From positions 1 to 53,185 of IMG/VR virus record IMGVR_UViG_3300032770_000027: a stretch of DNA of 53,185 bases; one strand, 5' to 3'. Positions within the stretch are counted from its first letter, which is position 1. Every line of letters starts with the position of its first letter. This document shows positions 1 to 8,914 of the stretch, in pieces. A program made the translations under genes and the position numbers. The notes below the pieces were generated by a model. The model saw nothing but the letters and a program-made list of their open reading frames with translations, was not told where the DNA came from and ran no database searches. This stretch comes from a virus. Its lineage: Duplodnaviria > Caudoviricetes.

Positions 1-116
1 ATCCGGGCTGTTCCGGGTTTGGGGTAGATAAGATTCCACAGCTTTGACTTGGCATCGGCCAACCGGGAAAGCATGAGCGGGTCATCACAAGTTTTCATCT
101 GTTCATCTATGCTTTC
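1..116. repeat. Terminal direct repeat, left copy (circularity overlap)
   Basis: 1-116 is identical to 53070-53185. Confidence 0.97.
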
Positions 117-440
117 AATCTGCGCTTTCACGTTGCTAACCGGGTCCGTGGCCTGTTCTTTTGCTGGTGCGGGTTCTGGTAGTGGCTGGATAACGTTCTC
201 GATTTCCCTGTCTTTCTGTTCATGAAACGCCCGGCGCAACCCCGTCCAGTCCTCGTTGTGAGACCATCCTTGCACGGTTAACCATTTTAGGCCGTATCGT
301 TCCGAAATGGTCTTTATTGATCCCTTCCCATGGATGAAGTCCAGTTTGGCTGCCCGGTGTTGTGCTAGGGTGGGTCTGGTGCTGGTTCTCTTCTCTGCCA
401 GTCCGTTCCCGGTCCCGTTTCCGATACATTCCGTGGTCAT
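1..440 (-). CDS. Putative terminase small subunit, 5' part of a 196-aa ORF crossing the junction
   Basis: Manual translation from ATG at 440 (in-frame TAA upstream at 450-452) is open through the junction into ORF 52919..53167. The N-terminal segment SIKTISERYGLKWLTVQGWSHNEDW is a TerS-type HTH, followed by a coiled coil. Confidence 0.6.
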   Translation of the reverse strand, partial: MTTECIGNGTGNGLAEKRTSTRPTLAQHRAAKLDFIHGKGSIKTISERYGLKWLTVQGWSHNEDWTGLRRAFHEQKDREIENVIQPLPEPAPAKEQATDPVSNVKAQIESIDEQMKTCDDPLMLSRLADAKSKLWNLIYPKPGTAR

Positions 441-542
441 GGCTGGATTTTAATCCCCGGGATGGTCGGAAGCAAGCCGGCGAAAATAAAAACCCGCCAC
501 AAGCTGGCCTAGCTCATGGCGGGCAGTATTTACGGTTTCCGA

Positions 543-815
543 TCAGATACCGGAATCATCGTCCGGGAAGTCATCCGCTGCGGCTCCTTTGTAAGCCCCG
601 ACAAGCTCCGGCGCATCCATGCCCGGATCGGGTTCAGGGTCTTCCGCCGTGCTATCCACGGCTCCGCGCATGATCGCCTCGGCCAGTCCCGGCGGCAGGC
701 TGCTCAAGCTGTTAATCACGTCCTGCTCTTCCTGTGACAGCTTGGGTGCGTTTTTTGGCAGATTCGCCTTCACCTTGCCAACCTTGTGTTTGATATGTCG
801 AATTAACTTTCTCAT
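543..815 (-). CDS. Hypothetical protein (basic N-terminus, acidic C-terminus)
   Basis: 90-aa ORF in the co-directional minus-strand gene run. Confidence 0.6.
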   Translation of the reverse strand: MRKLIRHIKHKVGKVKANLPKNAPKLSQEEQDVINSLSSLPPGLAEAIMRGAVDSTAEDPEPDPGMDAPELVGAYKGAAADDFPDDDSGI

Positions 816-872
816 TGTCTTTCTCTCTTTCGTTGTTTGTTTGGTTCATCCCCGGCCCGATGTCGGGAAAAT

Positions 873-1331
873 TCACAGTGCCTTGTTCCGTTCCTTCGGA
901 TACCCCGGCCCGGAGCCGGTAAAGTTCAGACACGCCGTTTTTGAGTCAGGCTCGTAATAAACCGGCGCTTTGGGGTGCTCTGCTTTGTGCCGCGCCATTA
1001 CCGCTTCAAAGTTGTGCTCAATCGCCTCCATAAGCTGGTAAGCACTCTCTGCCACTATCGCGTAGCGCACAGCAGACGGCAATAAGTCCAGACGCTTGAC
1101 CGGTCGCAGGCAATGCAACCTTATCGGAACCTCAAGCGGCTCTTTATCCTCTTTGATGTAACTTATCCGTTTCTGGATGTGGCTGTAGGAAATTTCCAGC
1201 AATTGCTCATGATGGATAAACCAGTAGGGTTTTCCTACCGTGCTCTCCCCGGTCACTCTGTGTTTGAATGCGGGAAACAGTTTTTGCAACCGCCGCCGCT
1301 CCTTCCGTTCATACGCTGTTAATTTTGGCAT
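873..1331 (-). CDS. Hypothetical protein
   Basis: Part of ORF 873..1448; likely start MPKLTAY at 1331 (alternative 1370). Confidence 0.6.
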   Translation of the reverse strand: MPKLTAYERKERRRLQKLFPAFKHRVTGESTVGKPYWFIHHEQLLEISYSHIQKRISYIKEDKEPLEVPIRLHCLRPVKRLDLLPSAVRYAIVAESAYQLMEAIEHNFEAVMARHKAEHPKAPVYYEPDSKTACLNFTGSGPGYPKERNKAL

Positions 1332-1357
1332 GTCGTGTCTTTCTCTTTTGATGGTTT

Positions 1358-1480
1358 TTACTTCCGCCATTTGCTGGCCAGATACAACCCGGACAGGATG
1401 ACAATCAGCCCGAACAATCCCGCGTCCATGGCGTAAAGTGCCAGCCAATCGCCCGCCGTTATGACGTCCCCGGCAATCAT
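1358..1480 (-). CDS. Small membrane protein (40 aa)
   Basis: MIAGDVITAGDWLALYAMDAGLFGLIVILSGLYLASKWRK; ATGA overlap with the upstream stop; one hydrophobic helix. Confidence 0.55.
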   Translation of the reverse strand: MIAGDVITAGDWLALYAMDAGLFGLIVILSGLYLASKWRK

Positions 1481-1956
1481 CCGTTCAGGCTTTTGATTTT
1501 TCGCACAAAGTCCGTCCGGTGAACGTGCATCGGCTTGTGTGTCCCGTTCTTCTTCTTTTTCGGCCCGGTCGGCTTCTTCCGGCCAAGCCGGGAAGCTGGA
1601 GCAACCGGGGACAGCCTGTAGTCCCGGCCCGGCATGAAGTGTTTGTGTCGGTCGAATGTCGTAATCTCCCGGCTTGTGGTGTTGCTGGTTTTGTATCGGA
1701 TGGCGGTTGTTCCGTTTACCAGATAGGAAAACGCCATTCCGATCATAGCCCCGTCTGCAATCTTCATCCGCTTGCACGCCTGAACCAGTGCGCAGTTGAG
1801 CGGGTCTTTCTTTGTCGCGTTCTTGTTGTCCACGTTTTCCACGCTGATTAGAACCGGTTCGGTTGCGTCCACAACGGTTTCAACGTTCGGGAAGTAACGT
1901 TGCAGACGGCGCAACGCGGTATTCACTGGCGGTTTTGGTCTTTGAGTGTTTTTCAT
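1477..1956 (-). CDS. Hypothetical basic protein
   Basis: Likely start MKNTQRP at 1956, just after the stop of 1961..2569. Confidence 0.65.
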   Translation of the reverse strand: MKNTQRPKPPVNTALRRLQRYFPNVETVVDATEPVLISVENVDNKNATKKDPLNCALVQACKRMKIADGAMIGMAFSYLVNGTTAIRYKTSNTTSREITTFDRHKHFMPGRDYRLSPVAPASRLGRKKPTGPKKKKNGTHKPMHVHRTDFVRKIKSLNG

Positions 1957-1960
1957 AGGT

Positions 1961-2569
1961 TTATTGGATTTGTGATTCATGGCACAGCAGCACGGTTCCG
2001 ACAACGTCATCCTGCGTCCGCAGTGACCCCGGCTCCGCGCACTCCTGCCACATTTGTGTTGCAATCGGGTTTCGTTTCTTCCCCGACAGTTTCCCTTCCT
2101 CGTTGCAGACCATGACAGCCCCGGTCTTGCCGCTGAGTTTCTGTATCTCAATCGGCCCGTTTACGATGTCCTGCAACTCCGGAAGTTGAAATGTTTTGCC
2201 GTCCTTGGGTTCAATCCGGAACATCGCCCCGGACGGGTATATTACCTTGGCGCACAGGTTAACCGGCGCTTTATGGTCTGGATTTTTCACGGGGTGCATT
2301 TTCATTTTCATAATCGTGGTCCCGTCATTGCTGTAGTATGGTTCGCCAGAATCCTCGGCTTGCTTCATCTTCGGGATGTCTTTTTCAATGTCCGAGGCAA
2401 TTTCAAGCAACAGTGCCGGGACCTTGTCAATGTTCCGAAAATTTTTCGAGACCATCGCGCATCCGCTTCCGTCCTGCCCACCGAACACGGCAACCAAAAC
2501 AATTTTGCCGCCGGTCTTTTCCATTAATTCGAATGCCTCTTTTTCGTAGTTCGCTTTTTGTGAGTTCAT
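1961..2569 (-). CDS. DUF3846-like domain protein
   Basis: The C-terminal half LPELQDIVNGPIEI...MVCNEEGKL...NPIAT matches the DUF3846 pattern. Confidence 0.7.
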   Translation of the reverse strand: MNSQKANYEKEAFELMEKTGGKIVLVAVFGGQDGSGCAMVSKNFRNIDKVPALLLEIASDIEKDIPKMKQAEDSGEPYYSNDGTTIMKMKMHPVKNPDHKAPVNLCAKVIYPSGAMFRIEPKDGKTFQLPELQDIVNGPIEIQKLSGKTGAVMVCNEEGKLSGKKRNPIATQMWQECAEPGSLRTQDDVVGTVLLCHESQIQ

Positions 2570-2763
2570 GGGTTTAGATAGTGCCGCAATGGATAGTGAG
2601 GGCCGGGGGTTATTTTCCGGCGTGCGGCATCCTCACGGGAGCGCAACCTTGCCCGGCTCTCGCCGTTTCGGGTAACGCAATTGATTGAATCGTGATCCTG
2701 TCCGCACTTGAGGCACGGACGCTGCCGGCGCAGCCTTTTCCACAGTTGTTTTTTAATCTGCAT
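2566..2763 (-). CDS. Small basic protein with CxxC...H...C motif
   Basis: MQIKKQLW...CLKCGQDHDSINC; ATGA overlap with the next gene. Confidence 0.4.
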   Translation of the reverse strand: MQIKKQLWKRLRRQRPCLKCGQDHDSINCVTRNGESRARLRSREDAARRKITPGPHYPLRHYLNP

Positions 2764-3034
2764 CAGTTTTTGCCGGTTGAGCCGTTTTCGGGAATTGAAG
2801 CTTGCGACGGGCAAGCCGTGCTTTGCGCCGCGCCTTGTTCCGTTCTGTCCTCAAAAACTGGCGTTCGTAATAGCCTTTTTTGATGCCGCTCCTGTGCAAT
2901 TTTTTCTTGTTCATGGTATCGGTTTGGCCGTGTCTTGCCTTTGATCTTCCGCCCGTGATCAATGCAAACCGGGAAGCCCGCCGGAGTAACCCAGCAGGCA
3001 ACCCGGTCGCATCCCGCCACGTGGCAGCCTCTCA

Positions 3035-3385
3035 TTAGTCGGGTAGGGTTGAAGTGTTTTCGGGAACTTTGTTTACCGTGGCGTAAATCGTCCACGCCAG
3101 ATACTGCGGGTCGATTTCCTGCTTTTCCAGTTCGGTTTGAAGCGTCTGGAAATACCGTTTCAATTGGCGGAATTGTTCCACCGGGTTGTGTTTGTTCAAT
3201 GCGATTATTTCACCGGTTCGCTGAACCTGTTCAGGTGTCAGAATGCGTTCAAGCGGGACGGCCCGCCAATCCTGCGGGATGCCGCTTGCCGGGCGTTGTA
3301 TCTCACCCGGCGCGACATCCGGCAACACTGCCGGTTGTTTTACCATGCGGACATCGAAGCCCGCGTTTAGAATAACTTTTGCCAT
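3035..3385 (-). CDS. Hypothetical protein
   Basis: 116-aa ORF in the minus-strand run. Confidence 0.65.
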   Translation of the reverse strand: MAKVILNAGFDVRMVKQPAVLPDVAPGEIQRPASGIPQDWRAVPLERILTPEQVQRTGEIIALNKHNPVEQFRQLKRYFQTLQTELEKQEIDPQYLAWTIYATVNKVPENTSTLPD

Positions 3386-3510
3386 AACGTATAAAATAAA
3401 ATCGCCAGTGCGCTACCTACCGCCACAATCAGAACCGCCCAAACCGCAAACCCGGCAATCATTATGAAGGAAGTAGCGCACAAGCGGAGCCATTCTTTAA
3501 AAGCTTTCAC
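3367..3510 (-). CDS. Small membrane protein (47 aa, not in the ORF track)
   Basis: GTG at 3510 overlaps the upstream TGA; translates MKAFKEWLRLCATSFIMIAGFAVWAVLIVAVGSALAILFYTLWQKLF*. Confidence 0.55.
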   Translation of the reverse strand: MKAFKEWLRLCATSFIMIAGFAVWAVLIVAVGSALAILFYTLWQKLF

Positions 3511-3800
3511 ACTTCAACCCGGATGGCATCAGCTATGATTCGGATGAGCGGTGACAATCCGAAAGCAGTAACGCCGTCGCCAAGCAAAGGGTGCCCAATG
3601 TGGTGTTCAATCAAATGCTCTCCAACCGCCGTCACAACGATGGCAACGGCCACACTGTAAAGCTTGCGTGAACGTGCCACGCGGCAAAGCCGGGGCCACT
3701 TGGCCATGCAACCGCGAGTTAAGAAAACAACGACGCGGTGCAAACAATCTCCTATGAAGTGAAGCGGCCATGAAATGATGAAAATGATGTTTCGTATCAT
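3507..3800 (-). CDS. Putative membrane protein
   Basis: 97 aa with hydrophobic segments. Confidence 0.55.
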   Translation of the reverse strand: MIRNIIFIISWPLHFIGDCLHRVVVFLTRGCMAKWPRLCRVARSRKLYSVAVAIVVTAVGEHLIEHHIGHPLLGDGVTAFGLSPLIRIIADAIRVEV

Positions 3801-3830
3801 CGTTTGGTTTCAAAATTTGATTGTGCAAGT

Positions 3831-4313
3831 TCAAGCTGTTGCCGGTTGAGTCGGTTCCGCTCCGGTATCCTTGGCGTCCGGATCATTAATGGCTAGCCCG
3901 GGCTGTTTGTCGATGATTTCGCCGATTGCCTTAATCGCGTTCAGCATGATTTTTTGACGTTCAGCAACTCCGGACAATTCCCGGACTTGCGCGAAAATGA
4001 GCATTGCGGCAAGCTCTCCGGCAAGTGATTTGATTTCCACGGGGCCAAGCTGTGCAAGCACGCTTGCGTCAAAATCTTCCTGAATGTCCTCGGAAAAAAT
4101 TCCGACCATTTCCCCCGGCAGGTTCAACCGCTGCCGTTCTTCGCCTGCGTCAACTATTTTGCGGAGCCATTTCCGCATGAACTCCCGGACGGGCGTTCCA
4201 TCCCCTGTAAGCATGGGGAAAAACCGGGCCGCGATGCGATCACCCTCGGCTGAGTTTTCCTCGTGGATTTTCCCACATACATCGCACGATTCTGTTTCGT
4301 TAGTTCGCTTCAT
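3831..4313 (-). CDS. Hypothetical protein, first gene of the leftward operon
   Basis: 160-aa ORF 60 nt downstream of a sigma70-like promoter; N-terminal CxxCxxxH. Confidence 0.7.
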   Translation of the reverse strand: MKRTNETESCDVCGKIHEENSAEGDRIAARFFPMLTGDGTPVREFMRKWLRKIVDAGEERQRLNLPGEMVGIFSEDIQEDFDASVLAQLGPVEIKSLAGELAAMLIFAQVRELSGVAERQKIMLNAIKAIGEIIDKQPGLAINDPDAKDTGAEPTQPATA

Positions 4314-4372
4314 TGTCTTGTCTTTCGTGTTTGGTTTTGTGTTTGGTCCGGACTTGCGGTCCGAGTTTGGGC

Positions 4373-4401
4373 AGTATGCGTTACGCTACTTTTCCTGTCA
4401 A
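4373..4401 (-). promoter_or_regulatory. Sigma70-like leftward promoter with palindromic operator candidate
   Basis: TTGACA-17 nt-CATACT; GCGTTACGC at 4378-4386 lies in the spacer and touches the -10. Confidence 0.7.
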
Positions 4402-4499
4402 CGGATTTTTTAAGTAATTTTTCGGACGTATTTTCAGCATCGCGTCTTGCGGTGTAATTTGCACTGGTTAGCGCAACGCAACTTTTTTTCAAAAAGGTA

Positions 4500-4527
4500 T
4501 TGACAACCCGGATTACAGACTTAGAGT
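4500..4527 (+). promoter_or_regulatory. Sigma70-like rightward promoter, probably giving a leaderless mRNA
   Basis: TTGACA-16 nt-TAGAGT; ATG at 4534 follows 6 nt later; A/T tracts upstream. Confidence 0.6.
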
Positions 4528-4533
4528 GCTGAC

Positions 4534-4863
4534 ATGTATCGTGAAAAATGCACCTATGCAGGGTGCGGCAGAACGTTTTCAAAACCGACTCGCAATGCTG
4601 CTTTGCAGGCTCTGCGTATGCACATCGGACGCAAACACACAAAGACAGTCCCATCAGCAACCAAAGCGGCGGGGAACTGGGGTGGCCCCACAGGTTCAGC
4701 AACTCAGAGCGTTTCAGAAGTCCGCACAAAGAGGGTTTATACCAAGCGGAAAAAACAGATTGAGACGCAGAGCGTCAATTATTGTCCGCGCTGCGGCTGC
4801 CCGGTCGCAAACGTTGCCTTGGCAATGACAGTAGCAGATGGCATGAACCGGAACGGAAAGTAA
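4534..4863 (+). CDS. C2H2-type zinc-finger protein (candidate regulator)
   Basis: CTYAGCGRTF...LRMHIGRKH, a basic patch, and a C-terminal NYCPRCGC. Confidence 0.6.
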   Translation: MYREKCTYAGCGRTFSKPTRNAALQALRMHIGRKHTKTVPSATKAAGNWGGPTGSATQSVSEVRTKRVYTKRKKQIETQSVNYCPRCGCPVANVALAMTVADGMNRNGK

Positions 4864-4865
4864 CT

Positions 4866-5171
4866 ATGAAGTATATCTTGAACGAGCAAGGCGAGCCAAT
4901 GCCGGCAAAAAGTCTGACAGATTGGGCAATATGGTTTGAAACGGCAGCAGAAAGAGTGGTTGCCAAAGACAGCATAGGAGATAGCACCGTCTCAACCGTG
5001 TTTCTCGGACTGGATCACAATTATTATCACGATGGCTCGCCCATCCTATGGGAAACGATGGTGTTTGGAGGGAAGTTGGATGAGGAACAAGACCGATGCT
5101 CAGGCAGCCGGGAGCAGGCACTTGCCATGCACAAAGCAATGGTTGAACGAGTGAAAAAAGCAAATGAATAA
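4866..5171 (+). CDS. Conserved phage hypothetical protein
   Basis: Start MKYIL at 4866; the VSTVFLGLDH...WETMVFGG motif is common in small phage proteins. Confidence 0.7.
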   Translation: MKYILNEQGEPMPAKSLTDWAIWFETAAERVVAKDSIGDSTVSTVFLGLDHNYYHDGSPILWETMVFGGKLDEEQDRCSGSREQALAMHKAMVERVKKANE

Positions 5172-5994
5172 CTCTCAAGTCGCCCATCTTTGGGCAAATC
5201 AGAGCAGACCATCCGGCAAGGGAAGCAACTTCTATTTTACCGGTGACACGATTTACAGCTACGGCCCGCACTTTCCCATTGCCCGGCTCTACAAAAACAT
5301 CGTGTTGTTTACGAATCGGGATTACTCAGTAACAACGTGCAAACATAAAAGACTTGCCCGCCGGGCTGCGGATCACAAAACAATTTTCTACGTTAATGAT
5401 CCAACGCGAAACCCATCCAGAGCAGACATTAAAAGCTACAAAGAGCGAATTTCCAAACTGGCAGAATCAGCAAGCCGGGCACGTGATCCTAAGTGGAAAC
5501 TGTTACAGCTACAGAGCACAATCGAAGAAGCGAATTTGTTCTGTGAAGAATTTGGATTCAAAACCCGCTTTTCGATGCCGGATGAATCCATGCTGGCCAC
5601 ACTGCGCGAGCGGTGCAAGATTGCCGCTGCCAGAAAAGCCAAGCAGACCGCGAAGCGCAATGCCCTGTTAGAAGAGCAGGACAAGAGCGCTATTGCTGAG
5701 TGGTTGTCGGGCACAAGCAACTTTTTTCCATATCGGGTCAACACAGTCATGCTTCGGCGAAATGGGGACTGGATGCAAACCAGTAAAGGGGCGTTCGTTC
5801 AACTGCCAGAAGCGAAACGCGCCTTTGAATTTGTCACAGCCAAACGCCCGACCGGTTGGCATCGGAACGGAGAACCGTTCAAGGTTGGAGATTTCCAGCT
5901 TGAATCCGTGAACGACTTTGGAGTTGTGGCCGGATGCCACCGGATAGCATGGGATGAAATTGAGCGGTTCGCAAAAACACAAGGTTGGGTATGA
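5164..5994 (+). CDS. Conserved phage hypothetical protein
   Basis: 276 aa; VAHLWANQ...IYSYGxHFPIA...YSVTTCKH and a C-terminal AGCH; overlaps its neighbours. Confidence 0.75.
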   Translation: MNNSQVAHLWANQSRPSGKGSNFYFTGDTIYSYGPHFPIARLYKNIVLFTNRDYSVTTCKHKRLARRAADHKTIFYVNDPTRNPSRADIKSYKERISKLAESASRARDPKWKLLQLQSTIEEANLFCEEFGFKTRFSMPDESMLATLRERCKIAAARKAKQTAKRNALLEEQDKSAIAEWLSGTSNFFPYRVNTVMLRRNGDWMQTSKGAFVQLPEAKRAFEFVTAKRPTGWHRNGEPFKVGDFQLESVNDFGVVAGCHRIAWDEIERFAKTQGWV

Positions 5995-6323
5995 AAAACA
6001 AAATGCGTGTAATTAATGCCATCGAAATCCAATTGCCCAACGGCAATGTGGTATCGTTTGATGGATGTTGCGACACAGGCGAGGAATCAATGCAGCTTGT
6101 CCGGGACGTCGTTGAAGCATACAACAGTTACGCCACGCTCCGCACTAAGAACGAGCGATTGAAGGCGAGCAATAAGCAATTAGCGGAGGCGTTACGAACT
6201 TTGTTTGAGAACTTCGATGGCGACACCGAAGTGACCGAAATTATGGACATGCTACGACCGGGGACCGAAATACGCGCCGCTCTCACCCGCTACACCACAC
6301 CAAACCACAAAGAAAAAGAATGA
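5991..6323 (+). CDS. Hypothetical coiled-coil protein
   Basis: ATGA-coupled to the previous gene. Confidence 0.6.
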   Translation: MKNKMRVINAIEIQLPNGNVVSFDGCCDTGEESMQLVRDVVEAYNSYATLRTKNERLKASNKQLAEALRTLFENFDGDTEVTEIMDMLRPGTEIRAALTRYTTPNHKEKE

Positions 6324-6649
6324 GTAAACACAGAGTAACCTACCAAGCAATCACAGACATCGCAGTTGCGGTCCGTGCCATGCAAGGCCAGACCACCAGA
6401 GCAATTGCCAGAGAATTCAAAATGAGTGAAAGCATGGCCCAATACCGGGTTGGCAAAGCTCAAGCCGCGCTCGGAACCTATTTCCGGCGCGACTACCGGA
6501 ACGGCACGGGTGATATTGTGAAAAAAATGCTTGCCGCAACCCACGACCTTGCGAGACAAATAGTCGTGCAAGACATCGCGCCACGCTACACACAAAATAA
6601 CTATGCCGAAAAGAAACAATCCCCACGACCCAAAAAAGTTTCAACGTAA
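6320..6649 (+). CDS. HTH-like DNA-binding protein
   Basis: GQTTRAIAREFKMSESMAQYRV resembles a helix-turn-helix. Confidence 0.5.
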   Translation: MSKHRVTYQAITDIAVAVRAMQGQTTRAIAREFKMSESMAQYRVGKAQAALGTYFRRDYRNGTGDIVKKMLAATHDLARQIVVQDIAPRYTQNNYAEKKQSPRPKKVST

Positions 6650-6842
6650 GCTGAAGTTGCTGGCATCGTATATGACAATTGCTCAAATGACCGAACTGTT
6701 CGGGATCGAAAACCAAGAGTGGCAGGTGAAGAATTGGATTTACCGCGATCGGGCAAACCTGTGGGCGATCCGGCTCCTGACTCCGATTGTTGATACGAAG
6801 CTGGCAGAATTTGCCACAAAGACAAAGACCAAAAAACCATAA
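6603..6842 (+). CDS. Small HTH-like protein
   Basis: MTIAQMTELFGIENQEWQVKNWIYR resembles a Cro-type HTH. Confidence 0.45.
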   Translation: MPKRNNPHDPKKFQRKLKLLASYMTIAQMTELFGIENQEWQVKNWIYRDRANLWAIRLLTPIVDTKLAEFATKTKTKKP

Positions 6843-6861
6843 CCAAAACCGAAAAAGAACT

Positions 6862-7299
6862 ATGCCTAAATTCAACCAATTGATCGAAAAAAAGTATCTG
6901 TCCAAGGAGGACTTTGAACGTCCGGCCTTGGTTACAATAGTCCGTTACGAGCAACACAATGTTGCCATGGAGGGCCAGCCGCAGGAAATGAAGTGGGTTA
7001 TTTATTTCCGGGAATTGCCCAAGGGACTCATCCTCAATCCGACCAACGTTGAACTGCTGAAAATGGCAACAAAGTGTTACGACGACACAGATGCCACCAT
7101 TGGAAAACAGATTGTCCTGTTTAACGATCCGACTGTCTCTATGGGCGGGAAACTGACCGGCGGAATCAGAATCAGAGCACCGCGCAATGTAGCACCACCA
7201 CCAATTGCGCCATTACCGATTCAACAACCAGCCCCACCGCCAGCACCAACTACAACTATGCCGACCGAGGGGGCGGCTGAAGATGACGTGCCATTTTGA
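6862..7299 (+). CDS. Putative single-stranded DNA-binding protein
   Basis: Beta-rich core (YLSKED...LILNPTN...GIRIR), Pro-rich linker and acidic tail EDDVPF typical of SSBs. Confidence 0.65.
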   Translation: MPKFNQLIEKKYLSKEDFERPALVTIVRYEQHNVAMEGQPQEMKWVIYFRELPKGLILNPTNVELLKMATKCYDDTDATIGKQIVLFNDPTVSMGGKLTGGIRIRAPRNVAPPPIAPLPIQQPAPPPAPTTTMPTEGAAEDDVPF

Positions 7300-7410
7300 G
7301 GGTGAACGATCCAAAGGGCTGCACCTGTGCGAAGGGTGCGGCCAATTCAGCAATGAAGTAAGATATTCCAAACGGATCGGTAAATTCGTTTGTTTCTTTT
7401 GCTACTGCAA

Positions 7411-7698
7411 ATGAGTAACCAGATCACAACTGTTCAGGTTATCCAATATCTGATGCCCGATGGACGCACCAGATTTGTAAAAACAGACCTGCCGATAGAA
7501 GTTCAGCAGGATTACAACGACATGCTGGCATCGGGATGCAGGTTTGAAATTGAAATGCTCCAAACAGGACATGTTTCGGCAACGATATTCAATCCAGAAA
7601 AAGAAGAGGACGTTGACATTTCGATCACCAGCAACGGTCCGGACGTGCAGACTGGAATGGTAGAAATGCTTAAAAGGCGGCAATGGAAAGAACAATGA
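7411..7698 (+). CDS. Hypothetical protein
   Basis: Start MSNQ at 7411; coupled to the next gene. Confidence 0.6.
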   Translation: MSNQITTVQVIQYLMPDGRTRFVKTDLPIEVQQDYNDMLASGCRFEIEMLQTGHVSATIFNPEKEEDVDISITSNGPDVQTGMVEMLKRRQWKEQ

Positions 7699-8054
7699 AA
7701 ACCATCGTCACCCCGGCAATCTTCACTGGTTTCGGTTCAAGGCTGGACAAGAGCCTGTCATTCCGTGGATGCACACCTGAGTTAACCAGCGTGGAAAAAG
7801 CAGCGTTCATGGACTTCCAAGGGCTTAACGTCCGGCTCCTCATCGAACCGGTGGATTATCCCACAGACGGCAAGCAGGAAGTGAAGGGGCTGTTGGACTC
7901 GAAAACTCCGAGCCAACGGCTCCGGGCCGTCCTGTTCGTGCTGTGGAAGCAGGAAACTGACAAGCAATGCGAACTGAGAGATTTCAACCAGTTCTACATT
8001 GAAAAAATGGAACGATTAATCGACAAGGTGAAAGAACAGATCAACCCGCAATGA
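7695..8054 (+). CDS. Conserved phage hypothetical protein
   Basis: KTPSQRLRAVLF motif; ATGA overlaps at both ends. Confidence 0.65.
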   Translation: MKTIVTPAIFTGFGSRLDKSLSFRGCTPELTSVEKAAFMDFQGLNVRLLIEPVDYPTDGKQEVKGLLDSKTPSQRLRAVLFVLWKQETDKQCELRDFNQFYIEKMERLIDKVKEQINPQ

Positions 8055-8326
8055 CCAGCCTCACTAAAAAAGTTGTCCGGCTCACAGATCAGAAATACGG
8101 TAAGCGCCGGATTGTGGTTACTCTGGCACCAGTCAAAACAGAAACCTTTATCGGAATGCGGCTGAAGGGAAAACGGACGCAATACGTGGTGGCACTGTCC
8201 AGCTTATACCGGTTGGGGGCATTGTGGCATGGCGACAAAATCAAAAGGGCAAAAGCTGCGGCTCGCAAACTGGGCGTGCCGTGGCGGGTCGCCAAAAAAG
8301 AGTTTGAACGACAACACAGATTATGA
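8051..8326 (+). CDS. Basic hypothetical protein
   Basis: 91 aa, ATGA-coupled. Confidence 0.6.
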   Translation: MTSLTKKVVRLTDQKYGKRRIVVTLAPVKTETFIGMRLKGKRTQYVVALSSLYRLGALWHGDKIKRAKAAARKLGVPWRVAKKEFERQHRL

Positions 8327-8589
8327 CCGATTTTGGCATACGTGGCGACTGTGTTTATATCTCGTGGCAGACCCGGAAAATGCTGGGATATGCCGTGCTC
8401 ACCATGCCAGACGAGGTTGAAGCTGTTAGAACCATAGACGGATTGACAGAAAAGGTGATGGCAGACTGGCTCAAGGCCAACCATCCGAAAATAGTTGAAC
8501 ATGTAAAGAAACAGGTTGAAACTGATGCTGAGTTTAGAAAGCAACTCGTGCAACAGAATGAAAAGCCTTCCCATCCTGAATGCAAGTGA
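8323..8589 (+). CDS. Hypothetical protein
   Basis: 88 aa, ATGA-coupled. Confidence 0.6.
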   Translation: MTDFGIRGDCVYISWQTRKMLGYAVLTMPDEVEAVRTIDGLTEKVMADWLKANHPKIVEHVKKQVETDAEFRKQLVQQNEKPSHPECK

Positions 8590-8914
8590 ATCATTCAAAC
8601 GACTCAATCCACACCTGTTTGGTCTGGCTCGATCACCTGCCCAAGACCGAAAACCTGCAACGACGCGGGACGTTCTCAAGCCGGTCAAACTCAACAAAAG
8701 AGGCACACCGATCGTGGCGGTCAGCATTGTCACTTTCAGAAAAATCGTTCTTGATGACGATAATAATGTCGGCGCGTGCAAGGCTCTGCGCGACGCCATC
8801 GCCGATTCCCTTGGAATCAATGACAAAGACAGCAGGGTGCGATGGGAATACGGACAGGTTGAAACCAGAGCCAGAACCGGAACACTTGTAAGAATAACTT
8901 TGTTGGAATCGTAA
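8558..8914 (+). CDS. RusA-like Holliday junction resolvase
   Basis: LDDDNNVGACKALRDAIADSLGINDKD matches the RusA DxDNxxxxxKxxxD...DD catalytic pattern. Confidence 0.6.
   Translation: MKSLPILNASESFKRLNPHLFGLARSPAQDRKPATTRDVLKPVKLNKRGTPIVAVSIVTFRKIVLDDDNNVGACKALRDAIADSLGINDKDSRVRWEYGQVETRARTGTLVRITLLES

Noticed and set aside
3408-3481. Inverted repeat GTGCGCTAC/GTAGCGCAC as a regulatory RNA
   Set aside because: It lies within a plausible 47-aa membrane-protein ORF (3367..3510, minus) and has little internal pairing.
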